The notes under the pieces: generated by a model
Told to the model about the DNA's origin: nothing
The model's input: the letters and a program-made list of their open reading frames with translations, nothing else
The model's database searches: none
Shown: one piece after another, positions 39,733 through 55,124 of the stretch
How positions within the stretch are numbered: the first letter of the stretch is position 1
How the letters are laid out: the number at the start of each line of letters is the position of its first letter
Position numbers and translations under genes: made by a program
NCBI GenBank assembly: GCA_964057225.1
Contig: OZ059899.1
Coordinates: 10,168,001-10,232,000, forward strand
Length of the DNA stretch: 64,000 nucleotides
Direction of reading: 5' to 3'
Source: Auanema rhodensis
Taxonomy: Eukaryota > Animalia > Nematoda

Positions 39733-42700
39733 TAAATTTTTTTCATTTGACTTGTCATTTGCAAAAATCAAATTTATCTTCTTCAACGATTATTTTTGCA
39801 ATGTGTCATAAAAATTTCACAGTTGAACAAAACGTTTTTTAAGAATTTTTTTTGTTGTCAACATATATATTTTCCTGGAATTCGAAAACATTTGGGATGG
39901 AAATTAGAAAGAAAAGAACTAGTTTTTCCTATTTTAAAACAAACAAAAAAAAATAAAATGAAGAAGATTGTTAGATATCCAATTTAAACTTATACATTTA
40001 CTTCGATAAAGAGCCTATTAGTTTGAAATTTTATGTCTTACAGTTCTCCAACAGAACAGACTGATCCTGATTTCTCTATGATTACATAAAACTCTCGTTT
40101 GATATGAAAAAAGAAGAGGAATAACGTTTCCAGGATGTCAATGATATCGAATCTAGTGATATTGTAAAAAAATGTAATGTCAGCTCCATAGGTTTTCTCT
40201 TAATTTCTCTCATCACAATTGTCTTAGTTTTTTTTCTCATAAGAGTTTCTGAAATCTTAGGTGAACAAGGCCGTATATATTTTTTTCTGGAATTCGAAAG
40301 CATTTGGGATGGAAATTAGAAAGAAAAGAACTAGTTTTTCCTACTTTAAAACAAACAATAAGAAATAAAATAAAAAAGATTGTTAGATATCCAATTTAAA
40401 CTTATACATTTACTTCGAAAAAGAGCCTATTAGTTTGAAATTTTATGTCTTACAGTTCTCCAACAGAACAGACTGATCCTGATTTCTCTATGATTATATA
40501 AAACTCTCGTTTGATATAAAAAAAGAAGAGGAATAACGTTTCCAGGATGTCAATGATATCGAATCTAGTGATATTGTAGAAAAATGTAATGTCAGCTCCA
40601 TAGGTTTTCTCTTAATTTCTCTCATCACAATTGTCTTAGTTTTTTTTCTCATAAGAGTTTCTGAAATCTTAGGTGAACAAGGCCGTATATATTTTTTTCT
40701 GGAATTCGAAAGCATTTGGGATGGAAATTAGAAAGAAAAGAACTAGTTTTTCCTACTTTAAAACAAACAATAAGAAATAAAATAAAAAAGATTGTTAGAT
40801 ATCCAATTTAAACTTATACATTTACTTCGATAAAGAGCCTATTAGTTTGAAATTTTATGTCTTACAGTTCTCCAACAGAACAGACTGATCCTGATTTCTC
40901 TATGATTACATAAAACTCTCGTTTGATATAAAAAAAGAAGAGGAATAACGTTTCCAGGATGTCAATGATATCGAATCTAGTGATATTGTAAAAAAATGTA
41001 ATGTCAGCTCCATAGGTTTTCTCTTAATTTCTCTCATCACAATTGTCTTAGTTTTTTTTCTTATAAGAGTTTCTGAAATTTTAGGTGAACAAGGCCGTAT
41101 ATATTTTTTTCTGGAATTCGAAAGCATTTGGGATGGAAATTAGAAAGAAAAGAACTAGTTTTTCCTATTTTAAAACAAACAAAAAAAAATAAAATGAAAA
41201 AGATTGTTAGATATCCAATTTAAACTTATACATTTACTTCGATAAAGAGCCTATTAGTTTGAAATTTTATGTCTTACAGTTCTCCAACAGAACAGACTGA
41301 TCCTGATTTCTCTATGATTACATAAAACTCTCGTTTGATATAAAAAAAGAAGAGGAATAACGTTTCCAGGATGTCAATGATATCGAATCTAGTGATATTG
41401 TAAAAAAATGTAATGTCAGCTCCATAGGTTTTCTCTTAATTTCTCTCATCACAATTGTCTTAGTTTTTTTTCTTATAAGAGTTTCTGAAATTTTAGGTGA
41501 ACAAGGCCGTATATATTTTTTTCTGGAATTCGAAAGCATTTGGGATGGAAATTAGAAAGAAAAGAACTAGTTTTTCCTATTTTAAAACAAACAAAAAAAA
41601 ATAAAATGAAAAAGATTGTTAGATATCCAATTTAAACTTATACATTTACTTCGATAAAGAGCCTATTAGTTTGAAATTTTATGTCTTACAGTTCTCCAAC
41701 AGAACAGACTGATCCTGATTTCTCTATGATTACATAAAACTCTCGTTTGATATAAAAAAAGAAGAGGAATAACGTTTCCAGGATGTCAATGATATCGAAT
41801 CTAGTGATATTGTAAAAAAATGTAATGTCAGCTCCATAGGTTTTCTCTTAATTTCTCTCATCACAATTGTCTTAGTTTTTTTTCTTATAAGAGTTTCTGA
41901 AATTTTAGGTGAACAAGGCCGTATATATTTTTTTCTGGAATTCGAAAGCATTTGGGATGGAAATTAGAAAGAAAAGAACTAGTTTTTCCTACTTTAAAAC
42001 AAACAATAAGAAATAAAATAAAAAAGATTGTTAGATATCCAATTTAAACTTATACATTTACTTCGATAAAGAGCCTATTAGTTTGAAATTTTATGTCTTA
42101 CAGTTCTCCAACAGAACAGACTGATCCTGATTTCTCTATGATTACATAAAACTCTCGTTTGATATAAAAAAAGAAGAGGAATAACGTTTCCAGGATGTCA
42201 ATGATATCGAATCTAGTGATATTGTAGAAAAATGTAATGTCAGCTCCATAGGTTTTCTCTTAATTTCTCTCATCACAATTGTCTTAGTTTTTTTCTCATA
42301 AGAGTTTCTGAAATCTTAGGTGAACAAGGCCGTATATATTTTTTTCTGGAATTCGAAAGCATTTGGGATGGAAATTAGAAAGAAAAGAACTAGTTTTTCC
42401 TATTTTAAAACAAACAAAAAAAAATAAAATGAAAAAGATTGTTAGATATCCAATTTAAACTTATACATTTACTTCGATAAAGAGCCTATTAGTTTGAAAT
42501 TTTATGTCTTACAGTTCTCCAACAGAACAGACTGATCCTGATTTCTCTATGATTACATAAAACTCTCGTTTGATATAAAAAAAGAAGAGGAATAACGTTT
42601 CCAGGATGTCAATGATATCGAATCTAGTGATATTGTAGAAAAATGTAATGTCAGCTCCATAGGTTTTCTCTTAATTTCTCTCATCACAATTGTCTTAGTT

Positions 42701-43562
42701 TTTTTTCTCATTAGAGTTTCTGAAATCTTAGGTGAACAAGGCGGTATATATATTTTCCTGGAATTCGAAAGCATTTGGGATGGAAATTAGAAAGAAAAGA
42801 ACTAGTTTTTCCTATTTTAAAACAAACAAAAAAAAATAAAATGAAAAAGATTGTTAGATATCCAATTTAAACTTATACATTTACTTCGATAAAGAGCCTA
42901 TTAGTTTGAAATTTCATGTCTTACAGTTCTCCAACAGAACAGACTGATCCTGATTTCTCTATGATTACATAAAACTCTCGTTTGATATAAAAAAAGAAGA
43001 GGAATAACGTTTCCAGGATGTCAATGATATCGAATCTAGTGATATTGTAAAAAAAATGTAATGTCAGCTCCATAGGTTTTCTCTTAATTTCTCTCATCAC
43101 AATTGTCTTAGTTTTTTTTCTCATAAGAGTTTCTGAAATTTTAGGTGAACAAGGCCGTATATATTTTTTTCTGGAATTCGAAAGCATTTGGGATGGAAAT
43201 TAGAAAGAAAAGAACTAGTTTTTCCTACTTTAAAACAAACAATAAGAAATAAAATAAAAAAGATTGTTAGATATCCAATTTAAACTTATACATTTACTTC
43301 GATAAAGAGCCTATTAGTTTGAAATTTTATGTCTTACAGTTCTCCAACAGAACAGACTGATCCTGATTTCTCTATGATTATATAAAACTCTCGTTTGATA
43401 TAAAAAAAGAAGAGGAATAACGTTTCCAGGATGTCAATGATATCGAATCTAGTGATATTGTAGAAAAATGTAATGTCAGCTCCATAGTTTTTCTCTTAAT
43501 TTCTCTCATCACAATAGTCTTATTTTTTTTTCATAAGAGTTTCTGAAATCCTAGTTGAACAA

Positions 43563-43635
43563 GGCCGCGTGGCGCAATGGATAACGCGTCTGCCTACGGA
43601 GCAGAAGATTGTAGGTTCGAATCCTGCCGTGGTCG
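43563..43635 (+). tRNA. tRNA-Arg(ACG)
   Basis: Same 73-nt sequence. Confidence 0.97.
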
Positions 43636-46600
43636 TAAATTTTTTTCATTTCACTTGTCATTTACAAAAATCAAATTTATCTTCTTCAACGATTATTTTT
43701 GCAATGTGTCATAAAAATTTCACAGTTGAACAAAACGTTTTTTAAGAATTTTTTTTGTTGTCAACATATATATTTTCCTGGAATTCGAAAGCATTTGGGA
43801 TGGAAATTAGAAAGAAAAGAACTAGTTTTTCCTATTTTAAAACAAACAAAAAAAAATAAAATGAAAAAGATTGTTAGATATCCAATTTAAACTTATACAT
43901 TTACTTCGATAAAGAGCCTATTAGTTTGAAATTTCATGTCTTACAGTTCTCCAACAGAACAGACTGATCCTGATTTCTCTATGATTACATAAAACTCTCG
44001 TTTGATATAAAAAAAGAAGAGGAATAACGTTTCCAGGATGTCAATGATATCGAATCTAGTGATATTGTAAAAAAATGTAATGTCAGCTCCATAGGTTTTC
44101 TCTTAATTTCTCTCATCACAATTGTCTTAGTTTTTTTTCTCATAAGAGTTTCTGAAATTTTAGGTGAACAAGGCCGTATATATTTTTTTCTGGAATTCGA
44201 AAGCATTTGGGATGGAAATTAGAAAGAAAAGAACTAGTTTTTCCTACTTTAAAACAAACAATAAGAAATAAAATAAAAAAGATTGTTAGATATCCAATTT
44301 AAACTTATACATTTACTTCGATAAAGAGCCTATTAGTTTGAAATTTTATGTCTTACAGTTCTCCAACAGAACAGACTGATCCTGATTTCTCTATGATTAC
44401 ATAAAACTCTTGTTTGATATAAAAAAAGAAGAGGAATAACGTTTCCAGGATGTCAATGATATCGAATCTAGTGATATTGTAGAAAAATGTAATGTCAGCT
44501 CCATAGGTTTTCTCTTAATTTCTCTCATCACAATTGTCTTAGTTTTTTTTCTCATTAGAGTTTCTGAAATCTTAGGAGAACAAGGCCGTATATATTTTTT
44601 TCTGGAATTCGAAAGCATTTGGGATGGAAATTAGAAAGAAAAGAACTAGTTTTTCCTACTTTAAAACAAACAATAAGAAATAAAATAAAAAAGATTGTTA
44701 GATATCCAATTTAAACTTATACATTTACTTCGATAAAGAGCCTATTAGTTTGAAATTTTATGTCTTACAGTTCTCCAACAGAACAGACTGATCCTGATTT
44801 CTCTATGATTATATAAAACTCTCGTTTGATATAAAAAAAGAAGAGGAATAACGTTTCCAGGATGTCAATGATATCGAATCTAGTGATATTGTAGAAAAAT
44901 GTAATGTCAGCTCCATAGGTTTTCTCTTAATTTCTCTCATCACAATTGTCTTAGTTTTTTTTCTCATTAGAGATTCTGAAATCTTAGGTGAACAAGGCCG
45001 TATATGTTTTTTTCTGGAATTCGAAAGCATTTGGGATGGACATTAGAAGGAAAAAAACTAGTTTTTCCTACTTTAAAACAAACAAAAAAAAATGAAATGA
45101 AAAAGATTGTTAGATATCCAATTTAAACTTATACATTTACTTCGATAAAGAGCCTATTAGTTTGAAATTTTATGTCTTACAGTTCTCCAACAGAACAGAC
45201 TGATCCTGATTTCTCTATGATTACATAAAACTCTCGTTTGATATAAAAAAAGAAGAGGAATAACGTTTCCAGGATGTCAATGATATCGAATCTAGTGATA
45301 TTGTAAAAAAATGTAATGTCAGCTCCATAGGTTTTCTCTTAATTTCTCTCATCACAATTGTCTTAGTTTTTTTTCTTATAAGAGTTTCTGAAATTTTAGG
45401 TGAACAAGGCCGTATATATTTTTTTCTGGAATTCGAAAGCATTTGGGATGGAAATTAGAAAGAAAAGAACTAGTTTTTCCTATTTTAAAACAAACAAAAA
45501 ATAATAAAATGAAAAAGATTGTTAGATATCCAATTTAAACTTATACATTTACTTCGATAAAGAGCCTATTAGTTTGAAATTTTATGTCTTACAGTTCTCC
45601 AACAGAACAGACTGATCCTGATTTCTCTATGATTACATAAAACTCTCGTTTGATATAAAAAAAGAAGAGGAATAACGTTTCCAGGATGTCAATGATATCG
45701 AATCTAGTGATATTGTAAAAAAATGTAATGTCAGCTCCATAGGTTTTCTCTTAATTTCTCTCATCACAATTGTCTTAGTTTTTTTTCTTATAAGAGTTTC
45801 TGAAATTTTAGGTGAACAAGGCCGTATATATTTTTTTCTGGAATTCGAAAGCATTTGGGATGGAAATTAGAAAGAAAAGAACTAGTTTTTCCTACTTTAA
45901 AACAAACAATAAGAAATAAAATAAAAAAGATTGTTAGATATCCAATTTAAACTTATACATTTACTTCGATAAAGAGCCTATTAGTTTGAAATTTTATGTC
46001 TTACAGTTCTCCAACAGAACAGACTGATCCTGATTTCTCTATGATTACATAAAACTCTCGTTTGATATAAAAAAAGAAGAGGAATAACGTTTCCAGGATG
46101 TCAATGATATCGAATCTAGTGATATTGTAGAAAAATGTAATGTCAGCTCCATAGGTTTTCTCTTAATTTCTCTCATCACAATTGTCTTAGTTTTTTTCTC
46201 ATAAGAGTTTCTGAAATCTTAGGTGAACAAGGCCGTATATATTTTTTTCTGGAATTCGAAAGCATTTGGGATGGAAATTAGAAAGAAAAGAACTAGTTTT
46301 TCCTATTTTAAAACAAACAAAAAAAAATAAAATGAAAAAGATTGTTAGATATCCAATTTAAACTTATACATTTACTTCGATAAAGAGCCTATTAGTTTGA
46401 AATTTTATGTCTTACAGTTCTCCAACAGAACAGACTGATCCTGATTTCTCTATGATTACATAAAACTCTCGTTTGATATAAAAAAAGAAGAGGAATAACG
46501 TTTCCAGGATGTCAATGATATCGAATCTAGTGATATTGTAGAAAAATGTAATGTCAGCTCCATAGGTTTTCTCTTAATTTCTCTCATCACAATTGTCTTA

Positions 46601-47463
46601 GTTTTTTTTCTCATTAGAGTTTCTGAAATCTTAGGTGAACAAGGCGGTATATATTTTTTTCTGGAATTCGAAAGCATTTGGGATGGATATTAGAAGGAAA
46701 AGAACTAGTTTTTCCTACTTTAAAACAAACAATAAGAAATAAAATGAAAAAGATTGTTAGATATCCAATTAAAACTTATACATTTACTTCGATAAAGAGC
46801 CTATTAGTTTGAAATTTTATGTCTTACAGTTCTCCAACAGAACAGACTGATCCTGATTTCTCTATGATTATATAAAACTCTCGTTTGATATAAAAAAAGA
46901 AGAGGAATAACGTTTCCAGGATGTCAATGATATCGAATCTAGTGATATTGTAGAAAAATGTAATGTCAGCTCCATAGGTTTTCTCTTAATTTCTCTCATC
47001 ACAATTGTCTTAGTTTTTTTTCTCATAAGAGTTTCTGAAATCTTAGGTGAACAAGGCCGTATATATTTTTTTCTGGAATTCGAAAACATTTGGGATGGAA
47101 ATTAGAAAGAAAAGAACTAGTTTTTCCTACTTTAAAACAAACAATAAGAAATAAAATAAAAAAGATTGTTAGATATCCAATTTAAACTTATACATTTACT
47201 TCGATAAAGAGCCTATTAGTTTGAAATTTTATGTCTTACAGTTCTCCAACAGAACAGACTGATCCTGATCTCTCTATGATTACATAAAACTCTCGTTTGA
47301 TATACAAAAAGGAGAGGAATAACGTTTCCAGGATATCAATGATATCGAATCTAGTGATATTGTAGAAAAATGTAATGTCAGCTCCATAGTTTTTCTCTAA
47401 ATTTCTCTCATCACAATAGTCTTATTTTTTTTCATAAGAGTTTCTGAAATATTAGTTGAACAA

Positions 47464-47536
47464 GGCCGCGTGGCGCAATGGATAACGCGTCTGCCTACGG
47501 AGCAGAAGATTGTAGGTTCGAATCCTGCCGTGGTCG
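47464..47536 (+). tRNA. tRNA-Arg(ACG)
   Basis: Same 73-nt sequence. Confidence 0.97.
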
Positions 47537-49718
47537 TAAATTTTTTTCATTTGACTTGTCATTTGCAAAAATCAAATTTATCTTCTTCAACGATTATTTT
47601 TGCAATGTGTCATAAAAATTTCACAGTTGAACAAAACGTTTTTTAAGAATTTTTTTTGTTGTCAACATATATATTTTCCTGGAATTCGAAAACATTTGGG
47701 ATGGAAATTAGAAAGAAAAGAACTAGTTTTTCCTATTTTAAAACAAACAAAAAAAAAATAAAATGAAAAAGATTGTTAGATATCCAATTTAAACTTATAC
47801 ATTTACTTCGATAAAGAGCCTATTAGTTTGAAATTTTATGTCTTACAGTTCTCCAACAGAACAGACTGATCCTGATTTCTCTATGATTACATAAAACTCT
47901 CGTTTGATATGAAAAAAGAAGAGGAATAACGTTTCCAGGATGTCAATGATATCGAATCTAGTGATATTGTAAAAAAATGTAATGTCAGCTCCATAGGTTT
48001 TCTCTTAATTTCTCTCATCACAATTGTCTTAGTTTTTTTTCTCATAAGAGTTTCTGAAATCTTAGGTGAACAAGGCCGTATATATTTTTTTCTGGAATTC
48101 GAAAGCATTTGGGATGGAAATTAGAAAGAAAAGAACTAGTTTTTCCTACTTTAAAACAAACAATAAGAAATAAAATAAAAAAGATTGTTAGATATCCAAT
48201 TTAAACTTATACATTTACTTCGATAAAGAGCCTATTAGTTTGAAATTTTATGTCTTACAGTTCTCCAACAGAACAGACTGATCCTGATTTCTCTATGATT
48301 ATATAAAACTCTCGTTTGATATAAAAAAAGAAGAGGAATAACGTTTCCAGGATGTCAATGATATCGAATCTAGTGATATTGTAGAAAAATGTAATGTCAG
48401 CTCCATAGGTTTTCTCTTAATTTCTCTCATCACAATTGTCTTAGTTTTTTTTCTCATAAGAGTTTCTGAAATCTTAGGTGAACAAGGCCGTATATATTTT
48501 TTTCTGGAATTCGAAAGCATTTGGGATGGAAATTAGAAAGAAAAGAACTAGTTTTTCCTACTTTAAAACAAACAATAAGAAATAAAATAAAAAAGATTGT
48601 TAGATATCCAATTTAAACTTATACATTTACTTCGATAAAGAGCCTATTAGTTTGAAATTTTATGTCTTACAGTTCTCCAACAGAACAGACTGATCCTGAT
48701 TTCTCTATGATAACATAAAACTCTCGTTTGATATAAAAAAAGAAGAGGAATAACGTTTCCAGGATGTCAATGATATCGAATCTAGTGATATTGTAAAAAA
48801 ATGTAATGTCAGCTCCATAGGTTTTCTCTTAATTTCTCTCATCACAATTGTCTTAGTTTTTTTTCTCATTAGAGTTTCTGAGATCTTAGGTGAACAAGGC
48901 GGTATATATTTTTTTCTGGAATTCGAAAGCATTTGGGATGGATATTAGAAGGAAAAGAACTAGTTTTTCCTACTTTAAAACAAACAATAAGAAATAAAAT
49001 GAAAAAGATTGTTAGATATCCAATTAAAACTTATACATTTACTTCGATAAAGAGCCTATTAGTTTGAAATTTTATGTCTTACAGTTCTCCAACAGAACAG
49101 ACTGATCCTGATTTCTCTATGATTATATAAAACTCTCGTTTGATATAAAAAAAGAAGAGGAATAACGTTTCCAGGATGTCAATGATATCGAATCTAGTGA
49201 TATTGTAGAAAAATGTAATGTCAGCTCCATAGGTTTTCTCTTAATTTCTCTCATCACAATTGTCTTAGTTTTTTTTCTCATAAGAGTTTCTGAAATCTTA
49301 GGTGAACAAGGCCGTATATATTTTTTTCTGGAATTCGAAAACATTTGGGATGGAAATTAGAAAGAAAAGAACTAGTTTTTCCTACTTTAAAACAAACAAT
49401 AAGAAATAAAATAAAAAAGATTGTTAGATATCCAATTTAAACTTATACATTTACTTCGATAAAGAGCCTATTAGTTTGAAATTTTATGTCTTACAGTTCT
49501 CCAACAGAACAGACTGATCCTGATCTCTCTATGATTACATAAAACTCTCGTTTGATATACAAAAAGGAGAGGAATAACGTTTCCAGGATATCAATGATAT
49601 CGAATCTAGTGATATTGTAGAAAAATGTAATGTCAGCTCCATAGTTTTTCTCTAAATTTCTCTCATCACAATAGTCTTATTTTTTTTCATAAGAGTTTCT
49701 GAAATATTAGTTGAACAA

Positions 49719-49791
49719 GGCCGCGTGGCGCAATGGATAACGCGTCTGCCTACGGAGCAGAAGATTGTAGGTTCGAATCCTGCCGTGGTCG
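49719..49791 (+). tRNA. tRNA-Arg(ACG)
   Basis: Same 73-nt sequence. Confidence 0.97.
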
Positions 49792-52700
49792 TAAATTTTT
49801 TTCATTTGACTTGTCATTTGCAAAAATCAAATTTATCTTCTTCAACGATTATTTTTGCAATGTGTCATAAAAATTTCACAGTTGAACAAAACGTTTTTTA
49901 AGAATTTTTTTTGTTGTCAACATATATATTTTCCTGGAATTCGAAAACATTTGGGATGGAAATTAGAAAGAAAAGAACTAGTTTTTCCTATTTTAAAACA
50001 AACAAAAAAAAATAAAATGAAAAAGATTGTTAGATATCCAATTTAAACTTATACATTTACTTCGATAAAGAGCCTATTAGTTTGAAATTTTATGTCTTAC
50101 AGTTCTCCAACAGAACAGACTGATCCTGATTTCTCTATGATTACATAAAACTCTCGTTTGATATGAAAAAAGAAGAGGAATAACGTTTCCAGGATGTCAA
50201 TGATATCGAATCTAGTGATATTGTAAAAAAATGTAATGTCAGCTCCATAGGTTTTCTCTTAATTTCTCTCATCACAATTGTCTTAGTTTTTTTTCTCATA
50301 AGAGTTTCTGAAATCTTAGGTGAACAAGGCCGTATATATTTTTTTCTGGAATTCGAAAGCATTTGGGATGGAAATTAGAAAGAAAAGAACTAGTTTTTCC
50401 TACTTTAAAACAAACAATAAGAAATAAAATAAAAAAGATTGTTAGATATCCAATTTAAACTTATACATTTACTTCGATAAAGAGCCTATTAGTTTGAAAT
50501 TTTATGTCTTACAGTTCTCCAACAGAACAGACTGATCCTGATTTCTCTATGATTATATAAAACTCTCGTTTGATATAAAAAAAGAAGAGGAATAACGTTT
50601 CCAGGATGTCAATGATATCGAATCTAGTGATATTGTAGAAAAATGTAATGTCAGCTCCATAGGTTTTCTCTTAATTTCTCTCATCACAATTGTCTTAGTT
50701 TTTTTTCTCATAAGAGTTTCTGAAATCTTAGGTGAACAAGGCCGTATATATTTTTTTCTGGAATTCGAAAGCATTTGGGATGGAAATTAGAAAGAAAAGA
50801 ACTAGTTTTTCCTACTTTAAAACAAACAATAAGAAATAAAATAAAAAAGATTGTTAGATATCCAATTTAAACTTATACATTTACTTCGATAAAGAGCCTA
50901 TTAGTTTGAAATTTTATGTCTTACAGTTCTCCAACAGAACAGACTGATCCTGATTTCTCTATGATTACATAAAACTCTCGTTTGATATAAAAAAAGAAGA
51001 GGAATAACGTTTCCAGGATGTCAATGATATCGAATCTAGTGATATTGTAAAAAAATGTAATGTCAGCTCCATAGGTTTTCTCTTAATTTCTCTCATCACA
51101 ATTGTCTTAGTTTTTTTTCTTATAAGAGTTTCTGAAATTTTAGGTGAACAAGGCCGTATATATTTTTTTCTGGAATTCGAAAGCATTTGGGATGGAAATT
51201 AGAAAGAAAAGAACTAGTTTTTCCTATTTTAAAACAAACAAAAAAAAATAAAATGAAAAAGATTGTTAGATATCCAATTTAAACTTATACATTTACTTCG
51301 ATAAAGAGCCTATTAGTTTGAAATTTTATGTCTTACAGTTCTCCAACAGAACAGACTGATCCTGATTTCTCTATGATTACATAAAACTCTCGTTTGATAT
51401 AAAAAAAGAAGAGGAATAACGTTTCCAGGATGTCAATGATATCGAATCTAGTGATATTGTAAAAAAATGTAATGTCAGCTCCATAGGTTTTCTCTTAATT
51501 TCTCTCATCACAATTGTCTTAGTTTTTTTTCTTATAAGAGTTTCTGAAATTTTAGGTGAACAAGGCCGTATATATTTTTTTCTGGAATTCGAAAGCATTT
51601 GGGATGGAAATTAGAAAGAAAAGAACTAGTTTTTCCTACTTTAAAACAAACAATAAGAAATAAAATAAAAAAGATTGTTAGATATCCAATTTAAACTTAT
51701 ACATTTACTTCGATAAAGAGCCTATTAGTTTGAAATTTTATGTCTTACAGTTCTCCAACAGAACAGACTGATCCTGATTTCTCTATGATTACATAAAACT
51801 CTCGTTTGATATAAAAAAAGAAGAGGAATAACGTTTCCAGGATGTCAATGATATCGAATCTAGTGATATTGTAGAAAAATGTAATGTCAGCTCCATAGGT
51901 TTTCTCTTAATTTCTCTCATCACAATTGTCTTAGTTTTTTTCTCATAAGAGTTTCTGAAATCTTAGGTGAACAAGGCCGTATATATTTTTTTCTGGAATT
52001 CGAAAGCATTTGGGATGGAAATTAGAAAGAAAAGAACTAGTTTTTCCTATTTTAAAACAAACAAAAAAAAATAAAATGAAAAAGATTGTTAGATATCCAA
52101 TTTAAACTTATACATTTACTTCGATAAAGAGCCTATTAGTTTGAAATTTTATGTCTTACAGTTCTCCAACAGAACAGACTGATCCTGATTTCTCTATGAT
52201 TACATAAAACTCTCGTTTGATATAAAAAAAGAAGAGGAATAACGTTTCCAGGATGTCAATGATATCGAATCTAGTGATATTGTAGAAAAATGTAATGTCA
52301 GCTCCATAGGTTTTCTCTTAATTTCTCTCATCACAATTGTCTTAGTTTTTTTTCTCATTAGAGTTTCTGAAATCTTAGGTGAACAAGGCGGTATATATTT
52401 TTTTCTGGAATTCGAAAGCATTTGGGATGGATATTAGAAGGAAAAGAACTAGTTTTTCCTACTTTAAAACAAACAATAAGAAATAAAATGAAAAAGATTG
52501 TTAGATATCCAATTAAAACTTATACATTTACTTCGATAAAGAGCCTATTAGTTTGAAATTTTATGTCTTACAGTTCTCCGACAGAACAGACTGATCCTGA
52601 TTTCTCTATGATTATATAAAACTCTCGTTTGATATAAAAAAAGAAGAGGAATAACGTTTCCAGGATATCAATGATATCGAATCTAGTGATATTGTAGAAA

Positions 52701-52796
52701 AATGTAATGTCAGCTCCATAGTTTTTCTCTTAATTTCTCTCATCACAATAGTCTTATTTTTTTTTCATAAGAGTTTCTGAAATCCTAGTTGAACAA

Positions 52797-52869
52797 GGCC
52801 GCGTGGCGCAATGGATAACGCGTCTGCCTACGGAGCAGAAGATTGTAGGTTCGAATCCTGCCGTGGTCG
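52797..52869 (+). tRNA. tRNA-Arg(ACG)
   Basis: Same 73-nt sequence. Confidence 0.97.
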
Positions 52870-55051
52870 TAAATTTTTTTCATTTCACTTGTCATTTACA
52901 AAAATCAAATTTATCTTCTTCAACGATTATTTTTGCAATGTGTCATAAAAATTTCACAGTTGAACAAAACGTTTTTTAAGAATTTTTTTTGTTGTCAACA
53001 TATATATTTTCCTGGAATTCGAAAGCATTTGGGATGGAAATTAGAAAGAAAAGAACTAGTTTTTCCTATTTTAAAACAAACAAAAAAAAATAAAATGAAA
53101 AAGATTGTTAGATATCCAATTTAAACTTATACATTTACTTCGATAAAGAGCCTATTAGTTTGAAATTTCATGTCTTACAGTTCTCCAACAGAACAGACTG
53201 ATCCTGATTTCTCTATGATTACATAAAACTCTCGTTTGATATAAAAAAAGAAGAGGAATAACGTTTCCAGGATGTCAATGATATCAAATCTAGTGATATT
53301 GTAAAAAAATGTAATGTCAGCTCCATAGGTTTTCTCTTAATTTCTCTCATCACAATTGTCTTAGTTTTTTTTCTCATAAGAGTTTCTGAAATTTTAGGTG
53401 AACAAGGCCGTATATATTTTTTTCTGGAATTCGAAAGCATTTGGGATGGAAATTAGAAAGAAAAGAACTAGTTTTTCCTACTTTAAAACAAACAATAAGA
53501 AATAAAATAAAAAAGATTGTTAGATATCCAATTTAAACTTATACATTTACTTCGATAAAGAGCCTATTAGTTTGAAATTTTATGTCTTACAGTTCTCCAA
53601 CAGAACAGACTGATCCTGATTTCTCTATGATTACATAAAACTCTTGTTTGATATAAAAAAAGAAGAGGAATAACGTTTCCAGGATGTCAATGATATCGAA
53701 TCTAGTGATATTGTAGAAAAATGTAATGTCAGCTCCATAGGTTTTCTCTTAATTTCTCTCATCACAATTGTCTTAGTTTTTTTTCTCATTAGAGTTTCTG
53801 AAATCTTAGGAGAACAAGGCCGTATATATTTTTTTCTGGAATTCGAAAGCATTTGGGATGGAAATTAGAAAGAAAAGAACTAGTTTTTCCTACTTTAAAA
53901 CAAACAATAAGAAATAAAATAAAAAAGATTGTTAGATATCCAATTTAAACTTATACATTTACTTCGATAAAGAGCCTATTAGTTTGAAATTTTATGTCTT
54001 ACAGTTCTCCAACAGAACAGACTGATCCTGATTTCTCTATGATTATATAAAACTCTCGTTTGATATAAAAAAAGAAGAGGAATAACGTTTCCAGGATGTC
54101 AATGATATCGAATCTAGTGATATTGTAGAAAAATGTAATGTCAGCTCCATAGGTTTTCTCTTAATTTCTCTCATCACAATTGTCTTAGTTTTTTTTCTCA
54201 TAAGAGTTTCTGAAATCTTAGGTGAACAAGGCCGTATATATTTTTTTCTGGAATTCGAAAACATTTGGGATGGAAATTAGAAAGAAAAGAACTAGTTTTT
54301 CCTACTTTAAAACAAACAATAAGAAATAAAATAAAAAAGATTGTTAGATATCCAATTTAAACTTATACATTTACTTCGATAAAGAGCCTATTAGTTTGAA
54401 ATTTTATGTCTTACAGTTCTCCAACAGAACAGACTGATCCTGATTTCTCTATGATTACATAAAACTCTCGTTTGATATACAAAAAGGAGAGGAATAACGT
54501 TTCCAGGATATCAATGATATCGAATCTAGTGATATTGTAGAAAAAATGTAATGTCAGCTTCATAGTTTTTCTCTTAATTTCTCTCATCACAATAGTCTTA
54601 TTTTTTTTTCATAAGAGTTTCTGAAATCTTAGTTGAACAAGGCCGTATATATTTTTTTTCTGGAATTCGAAAGCATTTGGGATGGATATTAGAAGGAAAA
54701 GAACTAGTTTTTCCTACTTTAAAACAAACAATAAGAAATAAAATAAAAAAGATTGTTAGATATCCAATTTAAACTTATACATTTACTTCGATAAAGAGCC
54801 TATTAGTTTGAAATTTTATGTCTTACAGTTCTCCAACAGAACAGACTGATCCTGATCTCTCTATGATTACATAAAACTCTCGTTTGATATACAAAAAGGA
54901 GAGGAATAACGTTTCCAGGATATCAATGATATCGAATCTAGTGATATTGTAGAAAAATGTAATGTCAGCTCCATAGTTTTTCTCTAAATTTCTCTCATCA
55001 CAATAGTCTTATTTTTTTTTCATAAGAGTTTCTGAAATCTTAGTTGAACAA

Positions 55052-55124
55052 GGCCGCGTGGCGCAATGGATAACGCGTCTGCCTACGGAGCAGAAGATTG
55101 TAGGTTCGAATCCTGCCGTGGTCG
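55052..55124 (+). tRNA. tRNA-Arg(ACG)
   Basis: Same 73-nt sequence. Confidence 0.97.
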